A stretch of DNA of 62,955 bases, filler included, from Octopus bimaculoides (GCF_001194135.2; 6 parts of 6 records of this genome joined end to end with filler, not necessarily neighbours in it), one strand, 5' to 3'. Positions 41,199 through 54,491 are shown, numbered from the whole stretch's first letter. Made by a program: numbers and translations. The notes: generated from the letters alone by a model not told the origin.

Positions 41199-41372
41199 AT
41201 TTACTACACTCTCGGAGTGGTTGGCGTTAGGAAGGGCATCCAGCTGTAGAAACTCTGTCAAATCAGATTGGAACCTGGTGTAGCCATCTGGTTTCACCAG
41301 TCCTCAGTCAAATCGTCCTACCCATGCTAGCATGGAAAGCGGACAATACACGACGATGATGATGATGATGAT
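41196..41372 (+). mobile_element. Family D element
   Basis: ctacactctcggagtggttggcgttaggaagggcatccagctgtagaaactc...(GAT)n tail. Confidence 0.8.
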
Positions 41373-42459
41373 AAATATGTATAANNNNNNNNNNNNNNNN
41401 NNNNNNNNNNNNNNNNNNNNNNNNNNNNNNNNNNNNNNNNNNNNNNNNNNNNNNNNNNNNNNNNNNNNNNNNNNNNNNNNNNNNNNNNNNNNNNNNNNNN
41501 NNNNNNNNNNNNNNNNNNNNNNNNNNNNNNNNNNNNNNNNNNNNNNNNNNNNNNNNNNNNNNNNNNNNNNNNNNNNNNNNNNNNNNNNNNNNNNNNNNNN
41601 NNNNNNNNNNNNNNNNNNNNNNNNNNNNNNNNNNNNNNNNNNNNNNNNNNNNNNNNNNNNNNNNNNNNNNNNNNNNNNNNNNNNNNNNNNNNNNNNNNNN
41701 NNNNNNNNNNNNNNNNNNNNNNNNNNNNNNNNNNNNNNNNNNNNNNNNNNNNNNNNNNNNNNNNNNNNNNNNNNNNNNNNNNNNNNNNNNNNNNNNNNNN
41801 NNNNNNNNNNNNNNNNNNNNNNNNNNNNNNNNNNNNNNNNNNNNNNNNNNNNNNNNNNNNNNNNNNNNNNNNNNNNNNNNNNNNNNNNNNNNNNNNNNNN
41901 NNNNNNNNNNNNNNNNNNNNNNNNNNNNNNNNNNNNNNNNNNNNNNNNNNNNNNNNNNNNNNNNNNNNNNNNNNNNNNNNNNNNNNNNNNNNNNNNNNNN
42001 NNNNNNNNNNNNNNNATGTGAAATAAGTGTCAAAGAGAAATCTAGAAACTCTCCATCAATTAAAGGGAAAGCGCCAAAGAGGAAATTCACAGTAATTTAC
42101 AATGAAGTTTGTCATCCTGTTAGACAAGCTTGAGTGAAGAATTTGTATTGGAACAGACAGAAAGTAAGGCTTTTTTTTGTTTCTTTTTAGTTACTTGTTT
42201 TGTATTTTTTGTTGTTTATTTCTTTGGTTTTATTTTTGGAAATCAATTACTTAACTTGGATACTAAACAGATACTTAAAAGAAAAAAAAAAAGAGAGCAA
42301 CGCAAATATGAAACACATGCACAGAACCATTTCTAGTTCAATGTTGAAAAGAATTCTTCATTAAATGCAAGTGTATACATGCACACATATGCATGCAGTC
42401 ACTCATAAATACATTACACAGACACAGACACACACACACAAACAAACACACATATGCAC

Positions 42460-42510
<51 letters not shown>

Positions 42511-42576
42511 TATGTATATATATATATACATATGTACATATATGTACATATATATATATATAATATATATTCTTTT

Positions 42577-42785
42577 ATTTCTTTTATTTGTTTCGGTCAT
42601 TTGACTGTAGCCATGCTCGAGCACCACCTTTAGTTGAGCAAATCGACCCCAGGTCTTATTCTATCCAAGTCCTTATTCTGTTGGTTCTCTTTTGCTGAAC
42701 CGCAAAGTTATGTGGACATAAATACACCAGCATCGTTTGTCAATTGATGTTGTGGGGTGGACAAACACAGATGCACAAACACCCA

Positions 42786-42790
<5 letters not shown>
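42577..42790 (-). mobile_element. SINE family B, 3' half
   Basis: ttgtttcggtcatttgactgtagccatgctcgagcaccacctttagttgagcaaatcgacccc. Confidence 0.8.
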
Positions 42791-42818
<28 letters not shown>

Positions 42819-43322
42819 NNNNNNNNNNNNNNNNNNNNNNNNNNNNNNNNNNNNNNNNNNNNNNNNNNNNNNNNNNNNNNNNNNNNNNNNNNNNNNNNNN
42901 NNNNNNNNNNNNNNNNNNNNNNNNNNNNNNNNNNNNNNNNNNNNNNNNNNNNNNNNNNNNNNNNNNNNNNNNNNNNNNNNNNNNNNNNNNNNNNNNNNNN
43001 NNNNNNNNNNNNNNNNNNNNNNNNNNNNNNNNNNNNNNNNNNNNNNNNNNNNNNNNNNNNNNNNNNNNNNNNNNNNNNNNNNNNNNNNNNNNNNNNNNNN
43101 NNNNNNNNNNNNNNNNNNNNNNNNNNNNNNNNNNNNNNNNNNNNNNNNNNNNNNNNNNNNNNNNNNNNNNNNNNNNNNNNNNNNNNNNNNNNNNNNNNNN
43201 NNNNNNNNNNNNNAGAATAAATGGGTTAATAGAAACCAATGTAGCAAAGAACACAAAATAACTGGTTTAGTTCCTGTTTTTAAGGCAGGAACTCCTTGAA
43301 ATTTTGGGTATTTGAGTATATT

Positions 43323-43501
43323 TAAGAATTTAAGGAATAATGTCTTACGTTTAAGATGATTCCCATGCTTTCCCTGATGAGAAGGTTACAATTTTAATAT
43401 CAAAGTTCCCTATGGATCACACAGGTTGTAATCCTTTGAAACATATGTAGGAATAAAGTATGCAATTATAACATGCGTTTTCTCCATTCCTTAAATTCTT
43501 A
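43323..43501. mobile_element. Unit of about 180 bp bounded by a perfect 16-bp inverted repeat and carrying the hammerhead
   Basis: taagaatttaaggaat (43323-43338) and attccttaaattctta (43486-43501); right end abuts (TA)n. Confidence 0.7.
43364..43462 (+). ncRNA. Type I hammerhead ribozyme with minimal palindromic stem III
   Basis: Stem I TTCC(43370-73)/GGAA(43450-53), extended by catgct/agtatg. Core CTGATGA at 43374-80. Stem II gaaggttacaa(43381-91)/ttgtaa-t-ccttt(43426-37), 11 bp with one bulge and G10.1-U11.1. GAAA at 43438-41. Stem III C-ATAT-G. Cleavage triplet GTA at 43447-49. Confidence 0.8.
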
Positions 43502-43759
43502 TATATATATATATATACACATTGCACAAATTAGATGAAGATAATGACTGTCCATTCATGACCATCACTGACCACTAAGAACATTGTGCAGTGAGGGTAA
43601 TTCATATAATTTATGCTTGTAGCTTTCTGTTGGGGACTAATGGGCCCAGCTCTTGGTAAACATACATGTCTGCAAACACTGCTGACAAAACTTGCCCCGT
43701 TTGCTCCACCGGATCCTGTAATGAACAATCAGAGGGTCTCTAAGAAGATAGATATTCTT

Positions 43760-43990
43760 TTATTCTTTTACTTGTTTCAGTCATTTGTATGTGGCCATGC
43801 TGGAGCACCACCCTAAAGTGTTCTTTAGTTGAACAAATCAACCAGGGACTCGTTTTTTGTAAACTTAGTACTTATTCTATTGGTCCCTTTTTGTCAAACT
43901 GCTAAATTACAGGGACATAAACATACCAGCATCAGTTGGCAAGCGATGGTGGCGGTGGTGGTGGTGGTGGTGCAGAGGACAAACACAGAC
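43760..43990 (-). mobile_element. SINE family B, 3' half
   Basis: ttttacttgtttcagtcatttgtatgtggccatgctggagcacc. Confidence 0.75.
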
Positions 43991-44097
43991 AAAAAGAGAC
44001 ACATTCATGTAGCCTGGGGTAATCTTCTACCTGGCCAGCTTCTGCCAACCATCCTACCCATGCATGAATGGAAGACAGACATTAAACAATGATAATT

Positions 44098-44335
44098 ATT
44101 CCTTAATTGCCCACAGGGGGCTAAACATAGAGGGGACAAACAAAGACAGACAAAGGGATTAAGTCAATTACATCGACCCCAGTGCATAACTGGTACTTAT
44201 TTAATCGACCCTGAAAGGATGAAAGGTAAAGTCAACCTTGGTGGAATTTGAACTCAGAACATAATGGTAGATGAAATACCGCTAAGCATTTCGCCCGGCA
44301 TCCTAATGATTCTGCCAGCTCGCTGCTTTGTTATG
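44098..44335 (-). mobile_element. SINE family C
   Basis: ttgcccacagggggctaaacatagagggg...ctaagcatttcgcccggc...ccagctcgctgcttt. Confidence 0.85.
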
Positions 44336-44399
44336 GATGTGGCCCATTTAAATGCTAAAGGGTTAGGGATAATCAGTTTTGTATCCCTTCTCTCTATAC

Positions 44400-44765
44400 A
44401 TAATGAGGCCAGTCTCAAAATACTGAGCTATATGGAGAAGATGAGAGAGGACCGAGATACACGGTGCATTGTTGTACTCAAGAAGTTTCGCCCACTGCAA
44501 CAGAGTTGAGATTCTAAAAGCAAGGTACCACATAAAAAAACATAAGTGTTGGGGCTGGAACCACGAAAGTATTAATATGAGAGTGTTTGAGTCTAAAGTG
44601 AATGAACGACGAAAGCGAGGTCGAGGGAGGGGACAGGTGTAGGAGGAGATTGAGTGTGGGTTGGCTTCAGTGGGGGAAGATGCCCAAAACTGGGTGAGAT
44701 GGCAAGATGATGCGAGAGCAGTTGCTGTAAGAGTGAGGTAGATCCGGCCAACCCTCAGATTTAAA
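44400..44765 (+). mobile_element. RTE-clade LINE 3' end remnant
   Basis: Translation NMRVFESKVNERRKRGRGRGQV*EEIECGLASVGEDAQNWVRWQDDARAVAVRVR* resembles the RTE C-terminal G.RKRGRP..TW motif region. Confidence 0.6.
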
Positions 44766-44919
44766 ATATTGGAATTCATCATTCAACACAGCAACATGAA
44801 ACATTGGTTTCCTTTCTGTTTTTGCCTTCCTGTTTCTCCAGACCAACTAACGATGCAATTTGCATAATGAGGTGTGCACATGGTCGTCTGCATATGTATG
44901 GGTGTTCACATGCATATCT

Positions 44920-45335
44920 TTTATCTTTTACTTGCTTCAGTCCTTACAACGTGGCCATGCTGGAGCACTGCCTCAAAGAATTTTCGTCACACAAATCAAC
45001 CACAGTATCTAATTTTAATATTTTTTTTTTTTTGTCTGAAGCGTCTTTTATTGAATCTTTTGCTGAATCGCTAAGTTTCATGAACATAAACAAACCAACA
45101 CCAATCATCAAACAGTACCAAGAGACAAATACCGACACAAACATTACACACATACACATGTATATATGTGTGTGTGTGTAATGCATTCTTTCAAGATTCT
45201 GCATACCAAATCTGCCCACAAGGCTTTGGTTGGCCTGAGCCTATAACACAAGACACTTGCCCAAGGATTCACAGTGAGACTGAACCAGGATTATGTAGTT
45301 GGGAAGCAAACTTCTTACCCTACAGCCACAACCAC
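44920..45335 (-). mobile_element. SINE family B, diverged
   Basis: cttgcttcagtccttacaacgtggccatgctggagcac...aagacacttgcccaagg...cttcttaccctacagccac. Confidence 0.7.
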
Positions 45336-45606
45336 ATAAATCTAAATAAATAGTGGCATAACCATTCCATTTGCAAAATGTGCCCATATTTTTCACCTTC
45401 ATTAGTTGTACATAAAAATGACACACTTCCAACATTTCCACACACACACACACACACGCATGCACACATGCATACACATACACATCCTTACTTGATAACG
45501 AAAGAGTGTTTAACTATATCCAAGAACTGAGAAGTAAGAGTTCTCTATTGGTGACTTCATTGAATATTGAATAGCATATTGCTTATATATATACATATGT
45601 CATTTA

Positions 45607-45648
<42 letters not shown>

Positions 45649-45810
45649 GACTTACTTGCAAAAAAGGACGTGTGCGTTCAATAATGTAATAATACAAAGA
45701 ATATATATACATGTATACACACATATATGTACATACTTACATCTACATGTGTATATACATGCATATCAGGGTACAATAAACTGCAGACAATGATATATAT
45801 ATATATATAA

Positions 45811-45953
45811 TGTATATATATAAATGCATTTATATATATATTATTTATATTATATTATATATATATATAATGTATATATATAAATGCATTTATATATATA
45901 TTATTTATATTATATTATATATATATATAATGTATATATATAAATGCATTTAT
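45811..45953. repeat. 60-bp AT-rich tandem repeat, at least 2.4 copies, running into a gap
   Basis: 45811-45870 is identical to 45871-45930. Confidence 0.9.
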
Positions 45954-46404
45954 NNNNNNNNNNNNNNNNNNNNNNNNNNNNNNNNNNNNNNNNNNNNNNN
46001 NNNNNNNNNNNNNNNNNNNNNNNNNNNNNNNNNNNNNNNNNNNNNNNNNNNNNNNNNNNNNNNNNNNNNNNNNNNNNNNNNNNNNNNNNNNNNNNNNNNN
46101 NNNNNNNNNNNNNNNNNNNNNNNNNNNNNNNNNNNNNNNNNNNNNNNNNNNNNNNNNNNNNNNTATATATATATATATATTTGAATCAATTACTTAAGCA
46201 GATGTTATTTAGATAATCGTTAAGTGTAATTTACCACACAGTTTAATGAATAGGAATGCTATTTTGTAAGAAAAGATAAAATATAGATTAAAAGTGGTTT
46301 AGCTTCTGCGAGACGAGAGGAAAATGTTTAATAATAAAAACTCAGCATGATGACCGTACCTAAGTACAACTAGGAACAACTAAGCAAAACTTAAATTCTT
46401 TTAT

Positions 46405-47103
46405 TCCTTTATTCTTTCACTTGTTTCAGACATCTGACTGTGGCCATGCTGGAGCACTTAACTTCAAGGGTATTTTTAGCCGAGGAAAATCAACTCTAGG
46501 ATGTAAATTTTAAGCCTAGTACTTATTCTGTCGGTGTCTTTTGCTGAACTGCTAAGTCAGGGTCATGTAAACAAACCAACACCGGTTGTCAAGCAGTGAC
46601 AGGGGTGGGGGGACAAACTCAGACACAAAGACACACACACATGTAAATACATATATATATATATATATATATACATACACATACATACACGCAAAATGGG
46701 CTTCTTTCAGTTTCTTATTTTTTTATTGCCCACAAGAGGCTAAATACAAAGGAGACAAACAAGGACAGACAAAGGGATTAAGTCAATTACATCGACCCCA
46801 GTGCGTAACTGGTACTTCATTTATCAACCTCGAAAGGATTAAAGGCTAAGTCATCCTCGGCAGAATTTGAACTCAGAACGTAGCGGCAGACGAAATACCG
46901 TTAAACATTTTGCCCGGCATGCTAATGTTTCTGCCAGATCGCTGCCTTACAGTTCTTCTTTCAGTTTCCGTTCACCAAATCTACTCACAAAGCTTTGGTT
47001 AGCCTGAGGCTATAGTAGAAGACACTTGCCAAATGTACCATGTGGTAGGACTGACTATGGAGCCATGTGATTGGGACAAGCTTCTTACCATGCAGCCATG
47101 CTA
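46405..47103 (-). mobile_element. SINE family B split by a family C insertion
   Basis: 3' half at 46405-46640 and 5' half at 46955-47103; family C copy at about 46715-46948 flanked by duplicated cttctttcagtttc. Confidence 0.8.
46715..46948 (-). mobile_element. SINE family C nested in family B, 14-bp TSD
   Basis: cttctttcagtttc at 46701-46714 and 46955-46968. Confidence 0.85.
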
Positions 47104-48106
47104 GCGCTTAATTGCGTATTAGAAAGCTCTAAGAAAATATTCGTAGATGCGGCTCTTGTTACGTATTTATATACATATATGTAGAAAGAAACAATTACAA
47201 ATGCCGTGATTCATAATTGCATCAGCACCTTGTAGATGTTCGAGATGGTGGTGAATAAAAATGAGGGTTGACAAAGGATGATGTTACATTGTGTAAGGGT
47301 TGCAAATTCAAATATGTAAAGAGTACATGTAATAGATGCTGCCGACAGCATTACAGGGATAACGATCATTGATAGAAACCAAGAGGGAGAGAGTGAGAGG
47401 TGGAGAGTGAGAGGTGGAGAGAGAGAGGAGGGAGAGGGATAGAGAGAGAGAGATGTAAATATAGACATATTATCAGAGAAAGCCAAAGTATGGGTGTGTA
47501 TGTGTATATAAATGTCTGTGGATATATATATATATATATATATNNNNNNNNNNNNNNNNNNNNNNNNNNNNNNNNNNNNNNNNNNNNTTAATTAATTAAN
47601 NNNNNNNNNNNNNNNNNNNNNNNNNNNNNNNNNNNNNNNNNNNTGCATATCTATATATGAATATATATATGCATATGTCTGTATAAATATATATATATAA
47701 ACATGTGTCTATATATATATGTGTGTGTATTTATACATACACACAGACATATATCCACAACCCTAGAATATGTGCACATGAAGTAGAAACCAGTTGTCCA
47801 GCACACACTTTAACTTAATGTTAAATATAAATATATAAATAAGTACATAAGTGAATAGACAAACAAAACACCTCTATTGTACACTAATGAGAAATTTGCA
47901 GATACTGGAACCAGGATTAGAACTTTAGATTTGTACCTGTGATTAGTGTAGCACCTGGATTTGTAACTAACAGCCTCAGTGCTTATCTGGAGAAGCTAGG
48001 TTTCACAAAAACCAAAAAGAACATTGCTAATTAGAAAATATCAATTACAAACTGCTAACAGCACTGTTAAAGTATGAGAGATATTCCACACATATAGCCT
48101 GTAGTG

Positions 48107-48172
<66 letters not shown>

Positions 48173-48750
48173 CATGTGTACATATGTATATACATATATA
48201 TACACACACAAACATGTGTATATATGTGTGTGCGTGTGTGTTTATATATATATATGTATACACATACACATATATACATATGAATATATATGTATGTATA
48301 TATATACTGTATATATATATGTAAATATACATACATATACATATATATGTATATATATATGTACATATATATGTATATATATATGTACATATATATGTGT
48401 GTGAAAATANNNNNNNNNNNNNNNNNNNNNNNNNNNNNNNNNNNNNNNNNNNNNNNNNNNNNNNNNNNNNNNNNNNNNNNNNNNNNNNNNNNNNNNNNNN
48501 NNNNNNNNNNNNNNNNNNNNNNNNNNNNNNNNNNNNNNNNNNNNNNNNNNNNNNNNNNNNNNNNNNNNNNNNNNNNNNNNNNNNNNNNNNNNNNNNNNNN
48601 NNNNNNNNNNNNNNNNNNNNNNNNNNNNNNNNNNNNNNNNNNNNNNNNNNNNNNNNNNNNNNNNNNNNNNNNNNNNNNNNNNNNNNNNNNNNNNNNNNNN
48701 NNNNNNNNNNNNNNNNTGAGAGATATTCCACACATATAGCCTGTAGTGTA

Positions 48751-48781
<31 letters not shown>

Positions 48782-49057
48782 ATGTATGTCATATATATAT
48801 AAATATGTATGTGTGTATATATATATATATTAACACACACACTAACGTATATATATAGGTATATGCACGTACACATACTCATGTGCTGTGTATATACCTA
48901 TCTGCTTATGTAAGTGTATATGTATATATGTCTATATACACCTATGCATACAAATATACAGCTACATTCACATGTAACGATATATAACTCATAATATCAA
49001 TCAGCGCTCTGAAAAACATGCCTACATGCACATACATGGGCACATACATATTTATAC

Positions 49058-49275
49058 AGGAGTGGCTGTGTGGTAAGTAGCTTGCTTACCAACCACATGG
49101 TTCTGGGTTCAGTCCTAACTGTCCCAACTGTCATTGGTTTGTTTGCATGCACCATAGCTTATCAGCTCAGCAAATGGGGATGATATACTAAGCAGCAAAC
49201 TTAAAATGAACTCTAAGGTTGATTCATTCAAGAAAACCCTTTCAGGTAGTGCCCCAGCATGGCCACAATCCAATG
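49058..49275 (+). mobile_element. SINE family B with internal deletion
   Basis: caggagtggctgtgtggtaagtagcttgcttaccaaccacatgg head joined to ...ccccagcatggccaca tail. Confidence 0.7.
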
Positions 49276-49897
49276 AGTGGAACACATAAAAGATATCAGC
49301 ATAACCCTTGTGAGGATAACTGGATCAACAAAAGAGAATTTATTTGGATGGCCGCCAAATAGATTGTATGTATCTGAAATTCAAATGTCCAACTTTGCTC
49401 CCTGACAATTATGTTAAGGGTAAATATGTCTGTGGAATACTCAGCCACTTACACAAAACTCCATTGAGAAAGGAGTTTAGGTTATAGAACAACTGAAGTA
49501 TTCAAAATTGAAAGTGGCCAAGCCTCTAAGAATTTTTATTTGCCATTTATTTCTTATGCCTTCTACTATTGCCTGTGAACCAGAACTACATCTTATCCAA
49601 AGAAAAACTATCTAGGTAGTCAATCAGCAAGAAATAGTAGTCAATTCTCATAAAAAATTGTGGCTTAAAAGTAGAAAGGGCATAATAGATAATAGTAGAA
49701 GTTTTCTTTTGTTCCTTGTATTCCTGAAACCATTCCAACAAGGATAGTAAAGGAATCTCAAAAACAAAAAGAAAACAAAAGAAGAAGACTATAAATATAT
49801 TAGATCTGAGATTTTCAACAAATGCAGACACTAAAGAAATTATTTACAGCAACATGGAAACTATAAAACCAGCAGATTAACAAATTTACTTGGATAA

Positions 49898-49960
<63 letters not shown>

Positions 49961-50681
49961 AATATACATTAAGCTGTTTATGATATGTTGTAATTTCTGA
50001 ATTAAAAAAAAAACAAATATGTAATCTAAGGAAGTTAATCAATCTTAGAACAACAAAGGTTATACTATTGTCTGATATATATGTTATGTGCATTCACAAC
50101 TGGAAGTTCATATTATCAAGTGTATTTGATAGCATATAGAAGTCCTATAAACTATATGATGGTTGATATAAGCAATGCCTTTGCTACAGACACAAAGTTT
50201 CACTCATGAAGCAGTAGGTTAACAATGAATACAACACAATATATATAGTTATATACAGACATACACGCACACATATACATACATACATGGTGATAAATAA
50301 ATAGATAGATACATAGATACATGGATAGATAGCCAGATAGATAGTGAGCTAGCTAGATAGATACAGACAGACATACGAGCATAGATACATACATATATGT
50401 GTGTATATATAAATACATATATACAAATAGATATTATTGATAGCTTGTATATAAGATACACGCACAAACTCATTTGTGAATGTACTTACAGAAGCAAGTT
50501 GTCATCGTATAGCAATAACTTTTAATGAAACAGGCTGAGAGCAGGTGAGATAGATTTTTCTTGAAGCTTATATATACAAATATAAATATATATGTGCATA
50601 TATGTGTGTGTATAGGTGTGTATGTATATATACATACATATATTAACATATACATATGTATACATAGCTTCCATATCAACG

Positions 50682-50715
<34 letters not shown>

Positions 50716-50893
50716 TATATATAAGCCACAATGTAAGCAGGTATACGTGCAAATATAAACATACATACACTCTCGCGCACACACACACACACACACATAT
50801 ATACACAAATTTATACATATACAACACACCTATATATATATATATGTATGTGTGCGTATACATATATATATATATATATATGTATGTGTGCGT

Positions 50894-50937
<44 letters not shown>

Positions 50938-51038
50938 TTATTTTCAGCATACAACAAAATGAATTATTTACATTGTGTACCACCAAGTTGTTTGACATTG
51001 CAAAAGAAACATAATGATAATAATAATAATAATAATAA

Positions 51039-51087
<49 letters not shown>

Positions 51088-51442
51088 CCATTGTAGGAAG
51101 AAGTTTCATCAAACAGAAAAATAACCTCCGCACTATAACTTCAGCAACTAGTAACAATGGTGGTGGTGGTGACGGCAGTGGTGGTGGTGGTGGTGGTGGT
51201 GCTCGTGGTGCTGGTTATGATGATGATGATGAAGATGACAAGAAGAGCACAGATATTAATGTTAATATTTTTTCTGATGGTGAGAATGGAAAATTCAAAT
51301 TCATCTCCGATAATAATAAAAAAAAAANNNNNNNNNNNNNNNNNNNNNNNNNNNNNNNNNNNNNNNNNNNNTTAATTAATTAANNNNNNNNNNNNNNNNN
51401 NNNNNNNNNNNNNNNNNNNNNNNNNNNAGATTCTACTTTTGG

Positions 51443-51720
51443 TGCAGGCGTGGCTGTGTGATAAGAAACTTGCTTCTCAACAACATGGTACCGGGTTCAA
51501 TCTCACTGCATGATAACTTGGGAAAGCGTCTTCTACTACAACGTCGGGCTAACCAAAAGAAACCTCTCGTATACATACATACATATATACATACATGCAT
51601 ACATACATATATACATGCATACACACACACACTCATATACATGGCTCTGTGTGTGTGTGTTTGGGTTTGCCTCCAGTACCGCTTGACAACTGGAATCGAT
51701 TCTATCAACTAAAAGTTCTA
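51443..51720 (+). mobile_element. SINE family B
   Basis: gtgcaggcgtggctgtgtgataagaaacttgc...ccgcttgacaac. Confidence 0.7.
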
Positions 51721-51797
51721 AGTGGTAGCACCAACCACCTGAACGCATTCTCCCCACAACTGGAGCTAAGACGTTATAGGTCTATATAGCTAAAAAT

Positions 51798-52002
51798 ATT
51801 GGTTTCACATTTTGACGCAAGGCCAGCAGTTTTGGGGAAGGGGACAAGTCGATTACATCGACCCCAGTACTCAACTGGTACTTATTTTATCGATCCCGAA
51901 AAGATGATCTCGGTGGAAATTGAATTTAGAACGTAAAGACGGATAAAATGCCGCCATGCATTTTGCCCGGCATGTAACTGATTCTGCCTTCTCGCCGCCT
52001 TT
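51798..52002 (-). mobile_element. SINE family C
   Basis: gtcgattacatcgaccccagtac...gcattttgcccggc...ctcgccgccttt. Confidence 0.75.
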
Positions 52003-52527
52003 ATATTGCTGCGAATATTATTGTCACAACAACATCACAGCAATAACACCAGCAACACCAGCCGCAAGTATTCGTACCGATATTGGGAAACAGGAAAAGA
52101 AGGTCGCGAAGTGGAGATGTAGAAGATTGCTTTCGCAATCAAAACAACCCTAACACCAATACAGATAGCACACATGCATCGATTAGCATTTCCCCTTATC
52201 TTCCTGCTCNNNNNNNNNNNNNNNNNNNNNNCACAAAGAAAAAAAAAAAACGTGAGGGAACTAGAAAGCGATAAGCAGTCTGGATGATGGGATACCAGTT
52301 CAATGACACGTCATCATAACTAAAACAACATCAACAAAGAAACAAAAAAAAACCCCAACCAAATCGGACTCCATGACAACAGAAAGAGACCAGCTAGGAT
52401 ATAAATAAAAGTTGCGACACAAACAGCAAATGCGAAGCAGAAACAACCAAAAACAACTAGACCCTCACCTCAAAAATTGCTTACCCGGAGCCGAAATGAG
52501 AAATAATAGTTATTATTGCAAGAACGT

Positions 52528-52787
52528 GGAGGCGCAATGGCCCAGTGGTTAGGATTGTGGACTCGCGCTCATAGGATCGCGGCTTCGATTCCCAGACCGG
52601 GCGTTGTCAGTGTTTATTGAGCGAAAACGCCTAAAGCTCCACAAGGCTCCAGCAGGAGATGGTGGCGAACCCTGCCGTACTCTTTCACCACAACTTTCTC
52701 TCTCTCTTACTTCCTGTTTCTGTTATGCCTGTAATTCAAAAGGCCAGCCTCGTTACACTGTGTCACGCTGAATATCCCCGAGAAACT
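52528..52787 (+). mobile_element. SINE family A, 3'-truncated
   Basis: ggaggcgcaatggcccagtggttagg head; stops at ccccgagaa. Confidence 0.85.
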
Positions 52788-53474
52788 CCTTACTACGCAG
52801 CCGCGCCTGCACTTATAAACATATAATAAAATTCGACTGAGCCTTAGAATTACGGGTACTTTCCGTTTTGTATTGTAATGTATATACCCGAGTACATCAT
52901 AGACAGGTTTACCCATAATGTAAGAATTCTCAGTCAGAGTCGCTGTGGCATAATGTCTAAGAAAGCTCGATGGGGGCGGGAGGGGGCATAGGATTGCAAG
53001 TGTAGCCTAATCGGACAGGCTTCCACCCAGTTTCCATTTCCCCAGTCCCACTTACAAGGCGCGAGTAAACCAGAAATTTTAATAAAAAATACTTGCTCAA
53101 GGTACTAAGTATTTGAATCAAACCTTGGACCTCATGAGTAAGAAGCGATTTTCATAGCCATACAATCATCACTGGATCCTAAAAGATTGAAATAGAGTTA
53201 TTTAATCCGGCACTAAAATGCTGTTATCTTATCCGGCATTGTAGCGTTTTCAGCTAAATCACCACTAAAGAACAAGTAATTATTTATTAACGGATTAAAA
53301 CCTCGTTTTCTTTTTTCCCTTATTTCTCTCTTTCTCTTTTTTCTCTCTCCATTTTTCTTTCTGTATTTATTGATATAATTTTCAGATTTTTAAGATAGCG
53401 TTTCCATACCTTAGTTAGAGATCCTCAGATTTATGGCGACACTAAAAGAGATTGTGCGACATTGATGTCTTCCC

Positions 53475-53515
<41 letters not shown>

Positions 53516-53520
53516 ACACA

Positions 53521-53558
<38 letters not shown>

Positions 53559-53929
53559 CACACACGCATATATACAACAACCATTGTGGAATAATTTATT
53601 GTCTCTTTCCGTAAGCTTCTCATTATAAAAATCAAAAGTTTAACTTAACCTACGAACAACTCTGAGACTTGTGAAAGAATTTAACCCTCCATCACAGAAA
53701 CAAAACAAACAAGCAAAACAAGCAAACAAGCAAACAAATGAATGAATAAAATACGATAAAAAAAAAACTCTTTAAAACAACCCTCCCCTCGAACATTATC
53801 AAATTTTATTGAGCTCCAACAACCTTATCCAGTGGATCATAATTTTGCTATTGTTTTGATTGCATTTATTTTTCCAATCGTGTTGTTTTATTCAAGGCTT
53901 TCACCGCTTAAAATCCTTTTTTATATTCC

Positions 53930-53932
<3 letters not shown>

Positions 53933-54007
<75 letters not shown>
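53933..54007. repeat. (ATT)n microsatellite, one of many simple repeats in the window
   Basis: About 25 perfect units. Other examples: (TA)n 1-150, (TG)n 3670-3728, (GATA)n 27541-27588, (AAT)n 51012-51085, (CT)n 23520-23752. Confidence 0.95.
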
Positions 54008-54008
<1 letters not shown>

Positions 54009-54491
54009 GGCAGGGGTTGGTTTCCCTCTATCGTTTCACTAATCCTTCTTCAACGTTCCCCTTTTGTTCAAGATATGTTGTGTTGAACGGGATTTCAATC
54101 AAGGAGATTAATTTATCAATACTATCTCTGCTTTAATGAGCGCTGCAGTGATATGACAGATATAGCGGTGAATAGAATAGAATGCCTTGGTCTCGTTGTT
54201 ATACGTAATTGCGTACCTAGTTCAACGATATTAGTTCAAATCACGCTATGATCAATTTATGCTTTTCAGCCTTAAGGGGGGGGGGGTCGATGAAATTAAC
54301 ATCATCGATTAGAAATAAAAAAATATCCCTGATTCAAATTTATAGGCACAGGCATGGCTGTGCTGTAAGAAGCTTACCTCCTAATCACATGNNNNNNNNN
54401 NNNNNNNNNNNNNNNNNNNNNNNNNNNNNNNNNNNTTAATTAATTAANNNNNNNNNNNNNNNNNNNNNNNNNNNNNNNNNNNNNNNNNNNN

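Noticed and set aside
50494-50546. Segment with good acceptor and donor (tacttacag ... cag|gtgaga)
   Set aside because: Stops in all three frames. It could only be non-coding, and nothing else supports it.
53395-53430. Second hammerhead on the minus strand (CTGAGGA...GAAACGC)
   Set aside because: Stem II is only about 3 bp, and stems I and III do not pair. At best a decayed relic.
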